This document shows, in pieces, positions 18,388 to 26,798 of a stretch of DNA of 64,000 bases. The position numbers and the translations under genes are program-made. The stretch lies in sequence record ON529852.1; one strand, written 5' to 3'. Each line of letters begins with the position of its first letter. The stretch's first letter is position 1. Under the pieces are notes generated by a model. The model made no database searches and had not been told where the DNA came from. It saw nothing but the letters and a program-made list of their open reading frames with translations.

Positions 18388-18674
18388 GCGCCTTGAATGT
18401 CCTTGCGATAGTCGTCAATGGCGCCGACGGACCGACCAATCTCCAGGATGGCCCTGTTCACATCGAACTCCGCCCGGACGAGGTAGGGGAAGATGTCGTG
18501 GTCGTACCAGCACTCCAGAACGAAGTCCCAGCCGCCCGTTTCATAGTGGGCCTGGGCGTGGGTCTTGATCACGTCGATCAGAGCGCGCTGCTCGGGAGTC
18601 GCGGCCGCCATGGCGGCCTTGCCGGCCTCCTCCTGAGCCACGAACTCCTCATGAGACCTTGGCGGCTTATACAT
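18384..18674 (-). CDS. hypothetical protein
   Basis: Start moved to MYKPPRS. Confidence 0.65.
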   Translation of the reverse strand: MYKPPRSHEEFVAQEEAGKAAMAAATPEQRALIDVIKTHAQAHYETGGWDFVLECWYDHDIFPYLVRAEFDVNRAILEIGRSVGAIDDYRKDIQGA

Positions 18675-19017
18675 CAGGGTTCTCGCGTTGAAGTTTCTCC
18701 AGGCGGCGGCGCCAGCCTTGAATCCAGGTGTTGACGCGACCGCGCATATAGACATCGGACAGCGCGCCGCCGCTCTCGACGAAGATGACGGTGAAGGCGT
18801 CCAGCGACTTGATGCCGTCGGCGATCGTGAAGGTGCGATTGGCGAAGGCCTGAAAGACATGGCGCTCGGCCACCGCATCGACCAGGGCGTTCGAGGCGCC
18901 CGCGCGTTCGAGCACCTCATAGGCGTCATCCGCCAGACCCTGGACAAACTGACCGATCACGAGATCAAGCCGTTTGCCGTGCTCTGTCTTGAAAGCGGCG
19001 TAGGCAGCGTGAGGCAT
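18667..19017 (-). CDS. hypothetical protein
   Basis: ORF in coupled chain. Confidence 0.7.
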   Translation of the reverse strand: MPHAAYAAFKTEHGKRLDLVIGQFVQGLADDAYEVLERAGASNALVDAVAERHVFQAFANRTFTIADGIKSLDAFTVIFVESGGALSDVYMRGRVNTWIQGWRRRLEKLQRENPDV

Positions 19018-19517
19018 CAGAAGTCCACCTGAGTACGAAAGTCGAGGATGCGGAAGAAGCGTGAGCAGGCGTCGTCGAAGAACCGATGCGCCTCGTCAAG
19101 GTCGTCAAAATGACGGGAAATGCGGTGGGCCGCGAAGGCGTCGGCCCTGACGAACCCCGCCGCCTTGACGAAGCCCTCCACGTCATAGGTGAAGTCCACC
19201 GAGTCGACCGTCAACTTCAGGGCGAAGCAGTTGGTGCGGACCTCGGCCAGGGTCGCGCTGGTGTCACGATAGGGGTCGTTGGTCAGCATCGCCGGAGCGT
19301 ACCCGCCCCTGGCGTAGGCTTCATTGGCGCGCTGACGCATCATCTGCGCCGTGTCCAGCTTGGCCTGATTGACCGCGACCGTCAGCCTCGTTTTGGCCTT
19401 CAGGCGTTCGGACTCGGCAATGCGGTCGTGCAGCCGTTGCTGGCTCGCCAACAGTTCCGCCATGGCGACCGGGGTCACGACGCCCTCTGAGGTCTGGGTC
19501 TGGTTGGGAGTCTGCAT
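19017..19517 (-). CDS. hypothetical protein
   Basis: Start moved to MQTPNQ after promoter and GGAGG. Confidence 0.7.
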   Translation of the reverse strand: MQTPNQTQTSEGVVTPVAMAELLASQQRLHDRIAESERLKAKTRLTVAVNQAKLDTAQMMRQRANEAYARGGYAPAMLTNDPYRDTSATLAEVRTNCFALKLTVDSVDFTYDVEGFVKAAGFVRADAFAAHRISRHFDDLDEAHRFFDDACSRFFRILDFRTQVDF

Positions 19518-19551
19518 GGGAAAGCCCTCCTTGTTGTCGTCCAGGAGGGCT

Positions 19552-19577
19552 GTAAAGGAATGATTCGAGGTTGTCAA
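19552..19577 (-). promoter_or_regulatory. conserved phage promoter repeat (class I)
   Basis: TTGACA-ACCTCGAATC-ATTCCTTTAC. Confidence 0.8.
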
Positions 19578-19861
19578 GCGGCCACGGCCGCCGGCCGGCG
19601 TTTTCTGGGCGGGCCTTTGATCCGTGCCGGTTTCAGCCTCGCCGGCGCGGTCTGCAAACCGGCGAACTTGCCGTTGCGGGTGATGCCCACGGGATCGACG
19701 CCGGCGATATACCAGCGCTTGTCCTTCTCATAGATGTAGGCGATCCCGTCAGGGTCTCTCATGTTATAGCACCGAAACTCGCCGTCCCACCCGCTCGGGA
19801 GTGGGACGATATAGACCGCCGCCGGCGTCCCGCGCGGCGGCTTTACGCTGTAGTCCATCAT
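19574..19861 (-). CDS. hypothetical protein
   Basis: ATGA overlap with stop at 19858. Confidence 0.65.
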   Translation of the reverse strand: MMDYSVKPPRGTPAAVYIVPLPSGWDGEFRCYNMRDPDGIAYIYEKDKRWYIAGVDPVGITRNGKFAGLQTAPARLKPARIKGPPRKRRPAAVAA

Positions 19862-20106
19862 CCCTTGAGGGCATCCTGCATCACGTTGCGCACCCACTGC
19901 GCGGTTTCCTGGGTCTGGTAACGCGCGATGACGACCTCGCCCTGCGCGCTGATTTCGATGACGCCGAGACGCCCCTGGGGGCCGGCGGGCGGCAGGGAAC
20001 GGACCTCGTAGCGAGTGGATGGACGCTTGCGCGGCGCGGCCAGGCGCGCGTCGATTCGCTCGACCATACGCTTCATGGCCTTCTTCTTTTCAGCCTTCTT
20101 GCCCAT
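19858..20106 (-). CDS. small basic hypothetical protein
   Basis: Lys/Arg-rich N-terminus. Confidence 0.65.
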   Translation of the reverse strand: MGKKAEKKKAMKRMVERIDARLAAPRKRPSTRYEVRSLPPAGPQGRLGVIEISAQGEVVIARYQTQETAQWVRNVMQDALKG

Positions 20107-20342
20107 CAGTCGGCGCGCTCATAGTCGACGAAGGTCGCGCCGCCGGTCAGGTCGTCGATATAGCCCTCAGGGCCGTTTTCGCAGCGGGCGGCGATCTCGT
20201 CGATCAGGGCCGTCCAGTCGGCGCCGCGTTTCCGGGCCTCGCGCTGGGCCACCTCGCGGAAGCGGGCGATACAGGCCTCGGGCGTGTCCGCGAACACCTC
20301 GATCTTGAGGTAGGCGCGCATATTGGCGATCAGTCGATACAT
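20106..20342 (-). CDS. hypothetical protein
   Basis: GGAGGACCCC RBS. Confidence 0.7.
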   Translation of the reverse strand: MYRLIANMRAYLKIEVFADTPEACIARFREVAQREARKRGADWTALIDEIAARCENGPEGYIDDLTGGATFVDYERAD

Positions 20343-20374
20343 GGGGTCCTCCCTGTTTGTCGTCAGCCATTCTC

Positions 20375-20400
20375 CTAGAGGTCCGAGTGACGGTTGTCAA
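20375..20400 (-). promoter_or_regulatory. sigma70-like promoter (class II)
   Basis: TTGACA-17nt-TAGGAG followed by GACGAC/GGAGG leader. Confidence 0.6.
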
Positions 20401-20416
20401 CGCTCTCGCGCCAAAG

Positions 20417-20444
20417 AAAAAAGCGGCGGGATTGCTCCCGCCGC
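20417..20444 (-). terminator. intrinsic (rho-independent) terminator of the hfa-like operon
   Basis: GCGGCGGGA-GCAA-UCCCGCCGC 9-bp stem followed by UUUUUU. Confidence 0.9.
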
Positions 20445-20470
20445 CTCTCATTCAGCCTTGATCCGAAGAC

Positions 20471-21538
20471 TTACGGACGGGCGGTGAAGGAGCCCGAGTT
20501 GCCCACCGCCGAGGCGGAGGCCGACAGGTTGCCGGCGACGATCGAGCCGCCGACGTTGACTTGCGACACCTGCGGACCGGTGTTGACCTGCGTGAAGTTC
20601 GGCAGGTTCACCGACGCGCCGATGAAGCTGGCCGACGAGCCCACGGCCGAGGCCGAAGCGGTCAGGTCGCCACCGACGCTCACCAGGCCGATGTTGGTCT
20701 GGGCGAACTGCGGGCCGTGATTGGTCTGCTTGACCGAGGTCCAGCCGCCGTTGGTGATCGGGCCGTTCGCCGAAACGAAGAGGCTGTTGCCGAACGCGCC
20801 GGCGCTGGCGTTCAGGTTGTCGTTGACCAGGGCGGCGCCCACATTGGTCTGGGCGACTTGGACGCCGGTGTTGGCCTGGTTGGCGCCCGGAACGGCGCCG
20901 AGCGTCGTGGTCAGGCGCAGGTTGTTGCCCACGGCCTGCGCCATCACGTCGGCGCTCATGTTGACGGCGACGCCGACGACATTGGTCTGCGCCAGTTGCG
21001 CCCCGCCGTTGATCTGGGTCAGGTTCGTCTGGACATTGCCCTTGTTCAGAGCGGCGTTGTTGCCGAGCGCGACCGTTTCGACGTTGAGGTCGCGGCCCGT
21101 GGCGACCAGGCCGATGTTGGACTGCGCCGCTTGCGAGCCATAGTTCTCCTGGCGGCCCAAGACGTCATTCTGATTGGCGCCGTTGGTCGTCAGGGTGTTG
21201 CCGATCGCCTGGGTCGAGACGTTCAGTTCGCGGCCGACGGCCACCAGGGCGACATTCGCCTGGGCGGATTGAGCGCCGGTGTTGAACTGGGACACGTCGC
21301 GCGCCGAGATGTTCTTCGTCGCGCTGGTGGCGGCGGTGGCGTCGTAGAACAGCGAGTTGCCGATCGCCTGCGGCTGGACCGTGGCGTCGCGGACGACGAT
21401 GGCGCCGACGACGTTGGTCTGACCGGCTTGCGGGCCGGAGTTGTTTTGCGACTGAGCGCCGCCGATCGACTGGGCCGAAGCGGCGCCGGCGATCAGGAGG
21501 GCGGCCGAAGCGGCTGCCAGAATCAAAGTCTTACGCAT
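20471..21538 (-). CDS. secreted Q/N/G-rich repeat protein, HfaD/curlin-like
   Basis: Sec signal MRKTLILAAASAALLIAGAASA; seven repeats QxNxGxQx(A/S/G)QxN(V/I)...AxG(N/S); third gene after hfaB-like. Confidence 0.75.
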   Translation of the reverse strand: MRKTLILAAASAALLIAGAASAQSIGGAQSQNNSGPQAGQTNVVGAIVVRDATVQPQAIGNSLFYDATAATSATKNISARDVSQFNTGAQSAQANVALVAVGRELNVSTQAIGNTLTTNGANQNDVLGRQENYGSQAAQSNIGLVATGRDLNVETVALGNNAALNKGNVQTNLTQINGGAQLAQTNVVGVAVNMSADVMAQAVGNNLRLTTTLGAVPGANQANTGVQVAQTNVGAALVNDNLNASAGAFGNSLFVSANGPITNGGWTSVKQTNHGPQFAQTNIGLVSVGGDLTASASAVGSSASFIGASVNLPNFTQVNTGPQVSQVNVGGSIVAGNLSASASAVGNSGSFTARP

Positions 21539-21632
21539 ATGAGATATTCTCCCGTTGATGATGTGACGGCGCTCGGATGAGCCCCGCTTACTCACGACCG
21601 AGCCCTGAGGCTACGCCGGTCGTTCCTCCCCG

Positions 21633-21678
21633 CCGGGACGTCCCGGAGGTTGGCGACGGGGCGGCGTGGGCCGCCCCG
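21633..21678. promoter_or_regulatory. intergenic 14-bp palindrome plus 9-bp hairpin between hfaB-like and hfaD-like genes
   Basis: CCGGGACGTCCCGG (21633-21646); CGGGGCGGC-4nt-GCCGCCCCG (21657-21678). Confidence 0.6.
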
Positions 21679-21691
21679 AATGATGATCGGA

Positions 21692-22582
21692 CTAGGTCCG
21701 GAAACTGGCGTCGACGAGCGGCGCGCAGTCGCGGAAGTAGTTGCCGTAGAGCGGGTTCAGCAGTTCCAGCGTGGCGTATTCCAGCGTGGCGCGGACGCCC
21801 AGTTGGAGCGGCTCCTGGCCTTGCTTGCCGGTGTTGATGTCCACCAGGTAGTCGCCGAAGAAGCGGAACAGGCCGGCGCGGGTCTCGTAGCCGATGATCT
21901 GCTTCTGCACCGAGACGGTCTTGACGACCCTCAGGGACTTGGTGTCGACCAGCCGCAGGTCCACCGCCGTGTTGATCACGTAGTAGCGCATGCCGGCCTC
22001 GAACAGGCTGATGCCCAGTTCGGCGCCGCCCGAGACGATGTCGTAGTTGACCTCGGTGATGCCGCCGACGATGTAGTAGTCCGAGCCCTGATACTGACCA
22101 GCGGTCAGGTTCAGGCGGCGCAGCGCGGCGGCCGAAGGGTTCGCCGGATCGTAGGCGGGGTCCTGGATCAGTTGGTTCTGCGTCAGGGTGGCTTCGCTGG
22201 AGGCGATGTCCATGTCGAAGCGTTCGACCTGCTCGACGCCGTCCAGCTTGCCCAGGGCCGACATGACCATGAGCGAACCGCCCTGGGTGATGCGGAAGCC
22301 GCCTTCACTGGCCTCGTTCGAGAACTTGCCGGTGTAGTCGCGGATTTGCCCCACGGCGATACGGTTCGGAACCACGCTCTGACGCGTCGCCTGGGCGAAG
22401 CATTGGATGGCGGGGTCCATCGGGCTGGAGTTCAGCGTCGGGCGGCTACCGACCACGACCGGGGCCTGGCCCTGGGCGTTCAGCATGGGAGAGACCGGGG
22501 CGGACGTCGAGGCGCAGGCGGCCGTCGACAGGGCCAGCGCCGACAGCGCGGCCAGGGTGATGATGCGGTTCTTCATGTTCAT
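21692..22582 (-). CDS. hfaB: CsgG/HfaB-family outer-membrane secretion lipoprotein
   Basis: Signal peptide with lipobox-like TAAC; IAVGQIRDYTGK, ITQGGSLMVMSAL, VERFD, YYIVGGITEVNY, AVDLRLVDTKSLRVV, QEPLQLGVR are CsgG/HfaB hallmarks. Confidence 0.9.
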   Translation of the reverse strand: MNMKNRIITLAALSALALSTAACASTSAPVSPMLNAQGQAPVVVGSRPTLNSSPMDPAIQCFAQATRQSVVPNRIAVGQIRDYTGKFSNEASEGGFRITQGGSLMVMSALGKLDGVEQVERFDMDIASSEATLTQNQLIQDPAYDPANPSAAALRRLNLTAGQYQGSDYYIVGGITEVNYDIVSGGAELGISLFEAGMRYYVINTAVDLRLVDTKSLRVVKTVSVQKQIIGYETRAGLFRFFGDYLVDINTGKQGQEPLQLGVRATLEYATLELLNPLYGNYFRDCAPLVDASFRT

Positions 22583-23076
22583 GCAGCCCCGCCCGGTTGA
22601 CCATTCGTCTGCGAGCCGGAGCCCGTGTTCGTATTGGTCTGGTTGCCCTGGCTCGTGACGGTGTTGTCACGAATGGTGGTCGTGGCGTCCTGGGTGTTGC
22701 CCGTCGAGGTCTGGTTGTTGTTGACCTGATTGGACGAGCCCGAGCACGTCAGCGAGGCGCCGACGGCGGAAGCCGAGCAGTTGTTGTGGGTCACCGACTG
22801 GTCGATGAACTGGAACACGTTGTTGGTGTTCGCGGCCGAACCGCCAAGGAGGCCGCCGGCCCCAGCGACGGCGGCGGGATTGCCGGCCTGAAGCTGATCG
22901 AAATATCCGGCCTTGTTCAGTTCGAACAGTTGCAGGCTGTTTTGCTTGGCGACGCGATCATTGGCCGTCCCGAAGCGCCACGGCGCGTCTTCACCGATGG
23001 AGCGATCCTGGGCGTGCGCGGCGCCCGCCAGCATGACAAGAGCCGCAGCGGCCCCCGCGAGAATCTTCATCCTCAT
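22579..23076 (-). CDS. secreted N/Q/T/S-rich protein, HfaA-like by position and composition
   Basis: Start MRMKIL with GGAGGG RBS; signal peptide ending AHA; low-complexity N/Q/T/S C-terminus; ATGA-coupled to hfaB-like. Confidence 0.6.
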   Translation of the reverse strand: MRMKILAGAAAALVMLAGAAHAQDRSIGEDAPWRFGTANDRVAKQNSLQLFELNKAGYFDQLQAGNPAAVAGAGGLLGGSAANTNNVFQFIDQSVTHNNCSASAVGASLTCSGSSNQVNNNQTSTGNTQDATTTIRDNTVTSQGNQTNTNTGSGSQTNGQPGGAA

Positions 23077-23118
23077 ATAAAAGTCCCTCCGTAACGGCGC
23101 GTGCGCCTTGATGATGGG

Positions 23119-23151
23119 CCGGGGCGCGGGAGACTTCCCGCCGGCCCCGGT
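23119..23151 (-). promoter_or_regulatory. 5' leader hairpin of hfa-like operon
   Basis: CCGGGGC/GCCCCGG outer stem plus GCGGG/CCCGC inner stem just downstream of the predicted start site. Confidence 0.55.
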
Positions 23152-23165
23152 CAGTGATCGAGGGT

Positions 23166-23191
23166 GTAAAGAAACCATTTGCGTCTGTCAA
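23166..23191 (-). promoter_or_regulatory. conserved phage promoter repeat (class I) driving hfa-like operon
   Basis: TTGACA-GACGCAAATG-GTTTCTTTAC. Confidence 0.75.
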
Positions 23192-23200
23192 CACTCGCCG

Positions 23201-23779
23201 TCATTTTTTCTTGAAGCGATTGATCGGTATGCAGTTCAGCGCCGCCAGATAGCGCGAGACCGCCGCTTCAGGCGTCAGGAACTCTGACGTGCTCAGGGTC
23301 GCGGCGATCCACAAACGCTGCGGGCGCTCTGACCAGACGCCGCCCCAGTCCGCCGCCAGATAGCCGGAATCCCTTCGCGTCGTTCCGCAATGGGTCAGGG
23401 CGTGCAGATGGGTCTGCTGCTTCAGGCAGATCAGGTCTCCGGCGAGGTGTGGCGCATCAAAACCGCGCCAGACGCGCGGCCCGGTCACATTGTAGCCGCT
23501 GGCGCGAATGATCAGGAGGTAGCCGTAACGGGGGAAGCCCTGGTCCTTGTGGAAGCCGATCTCGCCGTTGGCCGAGATCACCTGGACCTCGCCAAAGGCC
23601 TGGCCCATGTTGACCTCGGACTCCCAGAGCCGATGTCGCATGTGCGGCCGCTGGTGACGGATGTAGTCGAGTTGCTCGCGCTTGAGGTTGGCGATCCACT
23701 CGGGCGGCACCAGGGGAAGCAGGTCCTGGCCGGCGCCCCGCGCCACCCAGCCGATGGCGTCGTGTTTAGGCGGGCTCAC
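23201..23779 (-). CDS. putative 2OG-Fe(II) dioxygenase/cupin-like protein
   Basis: GFHKD (HxD), distal HLHAL and downstream R in QRLWIA, with beta-strand spacing as in DSBH enzymes. Confidence 0.45.
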   Translation of the reverse strand: MSPPKHDAIGWVARGAGQDLLPLVPPEWIANLKREQLDYIRHQRPHMRHRLWESEVNMGQAFGEVQVISANGEIGFHKDQGFPRYGYLLIIRASGYNVTGPRVWRGFDAPHLAGDLICLKQQTHLHALTHCGTTRRDSGYLAADWGGVWSERPQRLWIAATLSTSEFLTPEAAVSRYLAALNCIPINRFKKK

Positions 23780-24348
23780 ATCGTGCAAGGCAGTCCCCAC
23801 AGCAACCGCCCCGCGCCGAGTTCGACCGCCGCCTTGGCCTCGCGCAACGACGGTGCTTCACCCTCGGCCAGCGGAGCGCCGCCCGGTGCGTCCGGGTTGT
23901 CGATCAACCAGGCGTAGGTCTTGCCGTCCCAGAGCCCCCCAGGTCCGATGGAGACAAGCCCCAGGCGCGGCGCCTCGCGGGTGTTGCGAGGCTCCTCGGG
24001 ATCAATCACGGGATTGTTGGACCACAGGCCGTGGCAGCGATACCCCTTCTCCCAGTGCGCCGCGCTGCGGGCATAGGCCCGCATGGAGCGGTCGCGCTTG
24101 GCCTGAGCGCGCGCGGCCTCCGCCGCCAGGACCGCTCGGCCGGCGTCGGTGAGGATGTGCGTGCCGCGACTACCGCCTTCGAGATAGGCCCAGACCAGCC
24201 AGCCGTTGCGCATGCAGGTCGACACGGTGTTGCCGCGTCCGACGGTGCGGGACTGCGAACCCTTGCCGTTCACCAACGGCGCCCAGGTGCAGTCGCGCCC
24301 CTCTCGGGCCAGGGTCAGGACGTGGAGTTGTTCGGCCGAGGCTCTCAA
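23776..24348 (-). CDS. hypothetical protein
   Basis: ORF in coupled chain. Confidence 0.7.
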   Translation of the reverse strand: MRASAEQLHVLTLAREGRDCTWAPLVNGKGSQSRTVGRGNTVSTCMRNGWLVWAYLEGGSRGTHILTDAGRAVLAAEAARAQAKRDRSMRAYARSAAHWEKGYRCHGLWSNNPVIDPEEPRNTREAPRLGLVSIGPGGLWDGKTYAWLIDNPDAPGGAPLAEGEAPSLREAKAAVELGAGRLLWGLPCTM

Positions 24349-24947
24349 GACGCAAGACTTTCGGCTTCGCGCTCCAGACTTTCGGCGCGCGCGATGACGG
24401 AGGCGCGCGCCTCGCCGTCCAGGACCCTGGCGGTGTCGCGCATCTCCTGCGCGGCGCGGCGCAGGCCGGCGATCTCCAGGTCCAGGCCGTTGGACGGTTT
24501 GTCGATGACGATCACGCGAACCTTGCCGTCGCGGGCGCGATCCCTGGACTGCTTCTTGGGCTTGATCCGATTCGCGATCGGCTTGTAGCCGCCGCTCTGG
24601 CCCTCGATTGGCCCATAGGTGTGATCGAGGGTGAACCAGCCCGGCTGCGTGGCGCTCGGCCGGCGAATCTGGCGCGCCTGGATGGGAAACTCCGGCGCCG
24701 CGATTCTCACCCAGTGTTCTTCATCGAAGGGGATGAAGGGCTCGAACGTCTTGGGACCGCCCATGTCGGGGCTGTCGCGGCCGATCTTGACCCCGTCCAT
24801 GGCGAAGAGCACGAGGTCCATGTAGACTTCGCCGCCGGAGAGATATGCCTGACGCACGCGGCCGACGCGCACGGCGCCCAGGCCGTCCCGCCTCTCGGCG
24901 ACCCAGTCGCCTTGAACAATGGGGAGAACCCGCATCGGTTCGGTCAT
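24345..24947 (-). CDS. hypothetical protein
   Basis: ORF in coupled chain. Confidence 0.7.
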   Translation of the reverse strand: MTEPMRVLPIVQGDWVAERRDGLGAVRVGRVRQAYLSGGEVYMDLVLFAMDGVKIGRDSPDMGGPKTFEPFIPFDEEHWVRIAAPEFPIQARQIRRPSATQPGWFTLDHTYGPIEGQSGGYKPIANRIKPKKQSRDRARDGKVRVIVIDKPSNGLDLEIAGLRRAAQEMRDTARVLDGEARASVIARAESLEREAESLAS

Positions 24948-25189
24948 GCCGCTTCCTCCAGTTCTTGCTCAAGGGACGCCAGCGCCAGGAAATGGGTTTG
25001 GCGGTAGGTGCGCCACACGTCGCCGGGGCGCTTGATCCACCACATCCGTTCCAGACCGTCGCGCCGAACCTCCACGCCCAACCTGGAGGCGGCGGCCTCC
25101 ACCTGCGCACGGGTGACGCGAGGCGCGCCCGGCGGATTGAGCGGCGGCGGCTTGGCCTGGTCCTGGCCCATGGTGTGGCGGGTGCGCAT
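24944..25189 (-). CDS. hypothetical protein
   Basis: ORF in coupled chain. Confidence 0.6.
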   Translation of the reverse strand: MRTRHTMGQDQAKPPPLNPPGAPRVTRAQVEAAASRLGVEVRRDGLERMWWIKRPGDVWRTYRQTHFLALASLEQELEEAA

Positions 25190-25536
25190 CAGAGGCTGTC
25201 GATCCCGATGGTGAAGGTCTGCCCGTCGACGGTGACGAGGTTGATCGCCATGATAGTGACGGTTTCGACTTCGAACTCGGGGTTGACCACCGGCAGGGTG
25301 ATGCCGGCGTCGGACAGGGCGCGCACGATGCGGCCCATCAGATCGGCCTCGTTCTCGACCTCGGCGAGGTCGTGCAGGGTATGGGCCATGGCAGGTTCTC
25401 CATAAAAGCGATAATGGGCGGCGATGTAGGTGTCGGCGAGGGCGAGCCGCGCCGCCTGTTCGTCGGGCGGCAGGCGGTCAAACCCCTGCGCCAGGGCCTC
25501 GTCAGAGGGTAAGGATGTGACGTAGCTGTCGGTCAT
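25189..25536 (-). CDS. hypothetical protein
   Basis: Start moved to MTDSYV. Confidence 0.65.
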   Translation of the reverse strand: MTDSYVTSLPSDEALAQGFDRLPPDEQAARLALADTYIAAHYRFYGEPAMAHTLHDLAEVENEADLMGRIVRALSDAGITLPVVNPEFEVETVTIMAINLVTVDGQTFTIGIDSL

Positions 25537-25850
25537 CAGTCGAAGCCGTCGTCGAGGCCTTGAGCCGCGCACAGGGCGCTGTGCTCGTCCATTTCGCGAT
25601 CCCCTTCGGCGATGAAACGGCGGCGGGTCTCTTCGTCCAGACCGGCGAAGACGCCGACGCGGAACAGGCCGTAGCGGGGGTCCGCCAGGACGGCGGGGTC
25701 CGGTTCGGGTATGCCCTTGAGGATGTCCGAGATCGGCCGGTCACGACCCACGCGGACGTCGAAGATCATCTCTTCAGGCGTGACGTCTGTCGTCAGCGGT
25801 TCGCAGGCGGACCACTGGGCGTCACAGGCGATTTCATCCGCAGGGTGCAT
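25536..25850 (-). CDS. hypothetical acidic protein
   Basis: First gene after promoter repeat 25881. Confidence 0.7.
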   Translation of the reverse strand: MHPADEIACDAQWSACEPLTTDVTPEEMIFDVRVGRDRPISDILKGIPEPDPAVLADPRYGLFRVGVFAGLDEETRRRFIAEGDREMDEHSALCAAQGLDDGFD

Positions 25851-25880
25851 TCCATCTCTCCGTCGTTGTCCTGAGCGGTT

Positions 25881-25906
25881 GTAAAGGAATGTTCTGCGTC
25901 TGTCAA
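25881..25906 (-). promoter_or_regulatory. conserved phage promoter repeat (class I)
   Basis: TTGACA-GACGCAGAAC-ATTCCTTTAC. Confidence 0.8.
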
Positions 25907-26352
25907 TCGCCTTCGTCTTCGAGCGCGGCGGCGCCGGCCTCCAGGGCGGCGATCACCTCTTCGGCCGTGCGATCCTTGCGGTTGTTCCAGGCGTTGGCGT
26001 GTTGCGGCAGGTCCATGATCCGGGTCGCCTCGGACATCATGGCGAAACCATAGGAGTCGGCGTCGGTCCAATCGCCGTTCCAGTGGGATAGGCTTGCCTG
26101 AGGGTGGAACAGGTCCAGATCGACGCCGGCGCGCACCAGAGCGCCCATGATGCAGAAACAGGCCGCCTCGGGGGCCTCGATGTTGCACACGCGGCCGCCC
26201 TGGTCATGCGGACCGGTCGCCGCGAACACCTCGCGGGTGTGTCCCTTGGTGCGAATCAGATCGGCGGCGGCCCGGAAGACGGCGGGATTGCGCACCGCCG
26301 TCTCGACCTCTTGAAGCAACTGGCTGTAGCGGGCGTCGCGTTCCGGCGTCAT
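25903..26352 (-). CDS. hypothetical phage protein
   Basis: CFCIMGAL...NAWNNRKDRTAEEVIAALE. Confidence 0.7.
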   Translation of the reverse strand: MTPERDARYSQLLQEVETAVRNPAVFRAAADLIRTKGHTREVFAATGPHDQGGRVCNIEAPEAACFCIMGALVRAGVDLDLFHPQASLSHWNGDWTDADSYGFAMMSEATRIMDLPQHANAWNNRKDRTAEEVIAALEAGAAALEDEGD

Positions 26353-26741
26353 CAGAAAGCGTCCTGTTTGGCGCGGAACGGCTCCAGCGAGTTCACCACA
26401 AAGGCGACGTCCAGGCCCTCGATAAAGGCGGCGCTGTCGGTCAGGCAGATGTCGCTCACCATACGCACTACCTCGGACAGGCAGGTGATCGAGCCGATGG
26501 GCTCGAAGTCCGGCATCACGTCATAGACGTCGGTCATACCCTTGGCGCGATTAACAATAGCCGCGCGATACTTCTCGCTCAATTGGACGGCCCGCTGGGC
26601 GTCGACGATCAGGTCATGGACCGGCTTGGCGTAAATCAACGGCACATGCCGCACCACCGCGCTCAGCGGACGGAGCGCGTTGGCGCCGGCGCGCGCGCGA
26701 TTCTCGTTGTCGATCTCGGCCTTGGATTTCTCGCGGGGCAT
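26352..26741 (-). CDS. hypothetical protein
   Basis: Start moved to MPREKS (listed start overlaps promoter). Confidence 0.7.
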   Translation of the reverse strand: MPREKSKAEIDNENRARAGANALRPLSAVVRHVPLIYAKPVHDLIVDAQRAVQLSEKYRAAIVNRAKGMTDVYDVMPDFEPIGSITCLSEVVRMVSDICLTDSAAFIEGLDVAFVVNSLEPFRAKQDAF

Positions 26742-26773
26742 CGGGCTCTCCTCTCGTCGGTGTCGGGAGGGTT

Positions 26774-26798
26774 GTAAAGGAATGCTGCGCGGTGTCAA
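26774..26798 (-). promoter_or_regulatory. conserved phage promoter repeat (class I, 1 nt shorter)
   Basis: TTGACA-CCGCGCAGC-ATTCCTTTAC. Confidence 0.75.
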
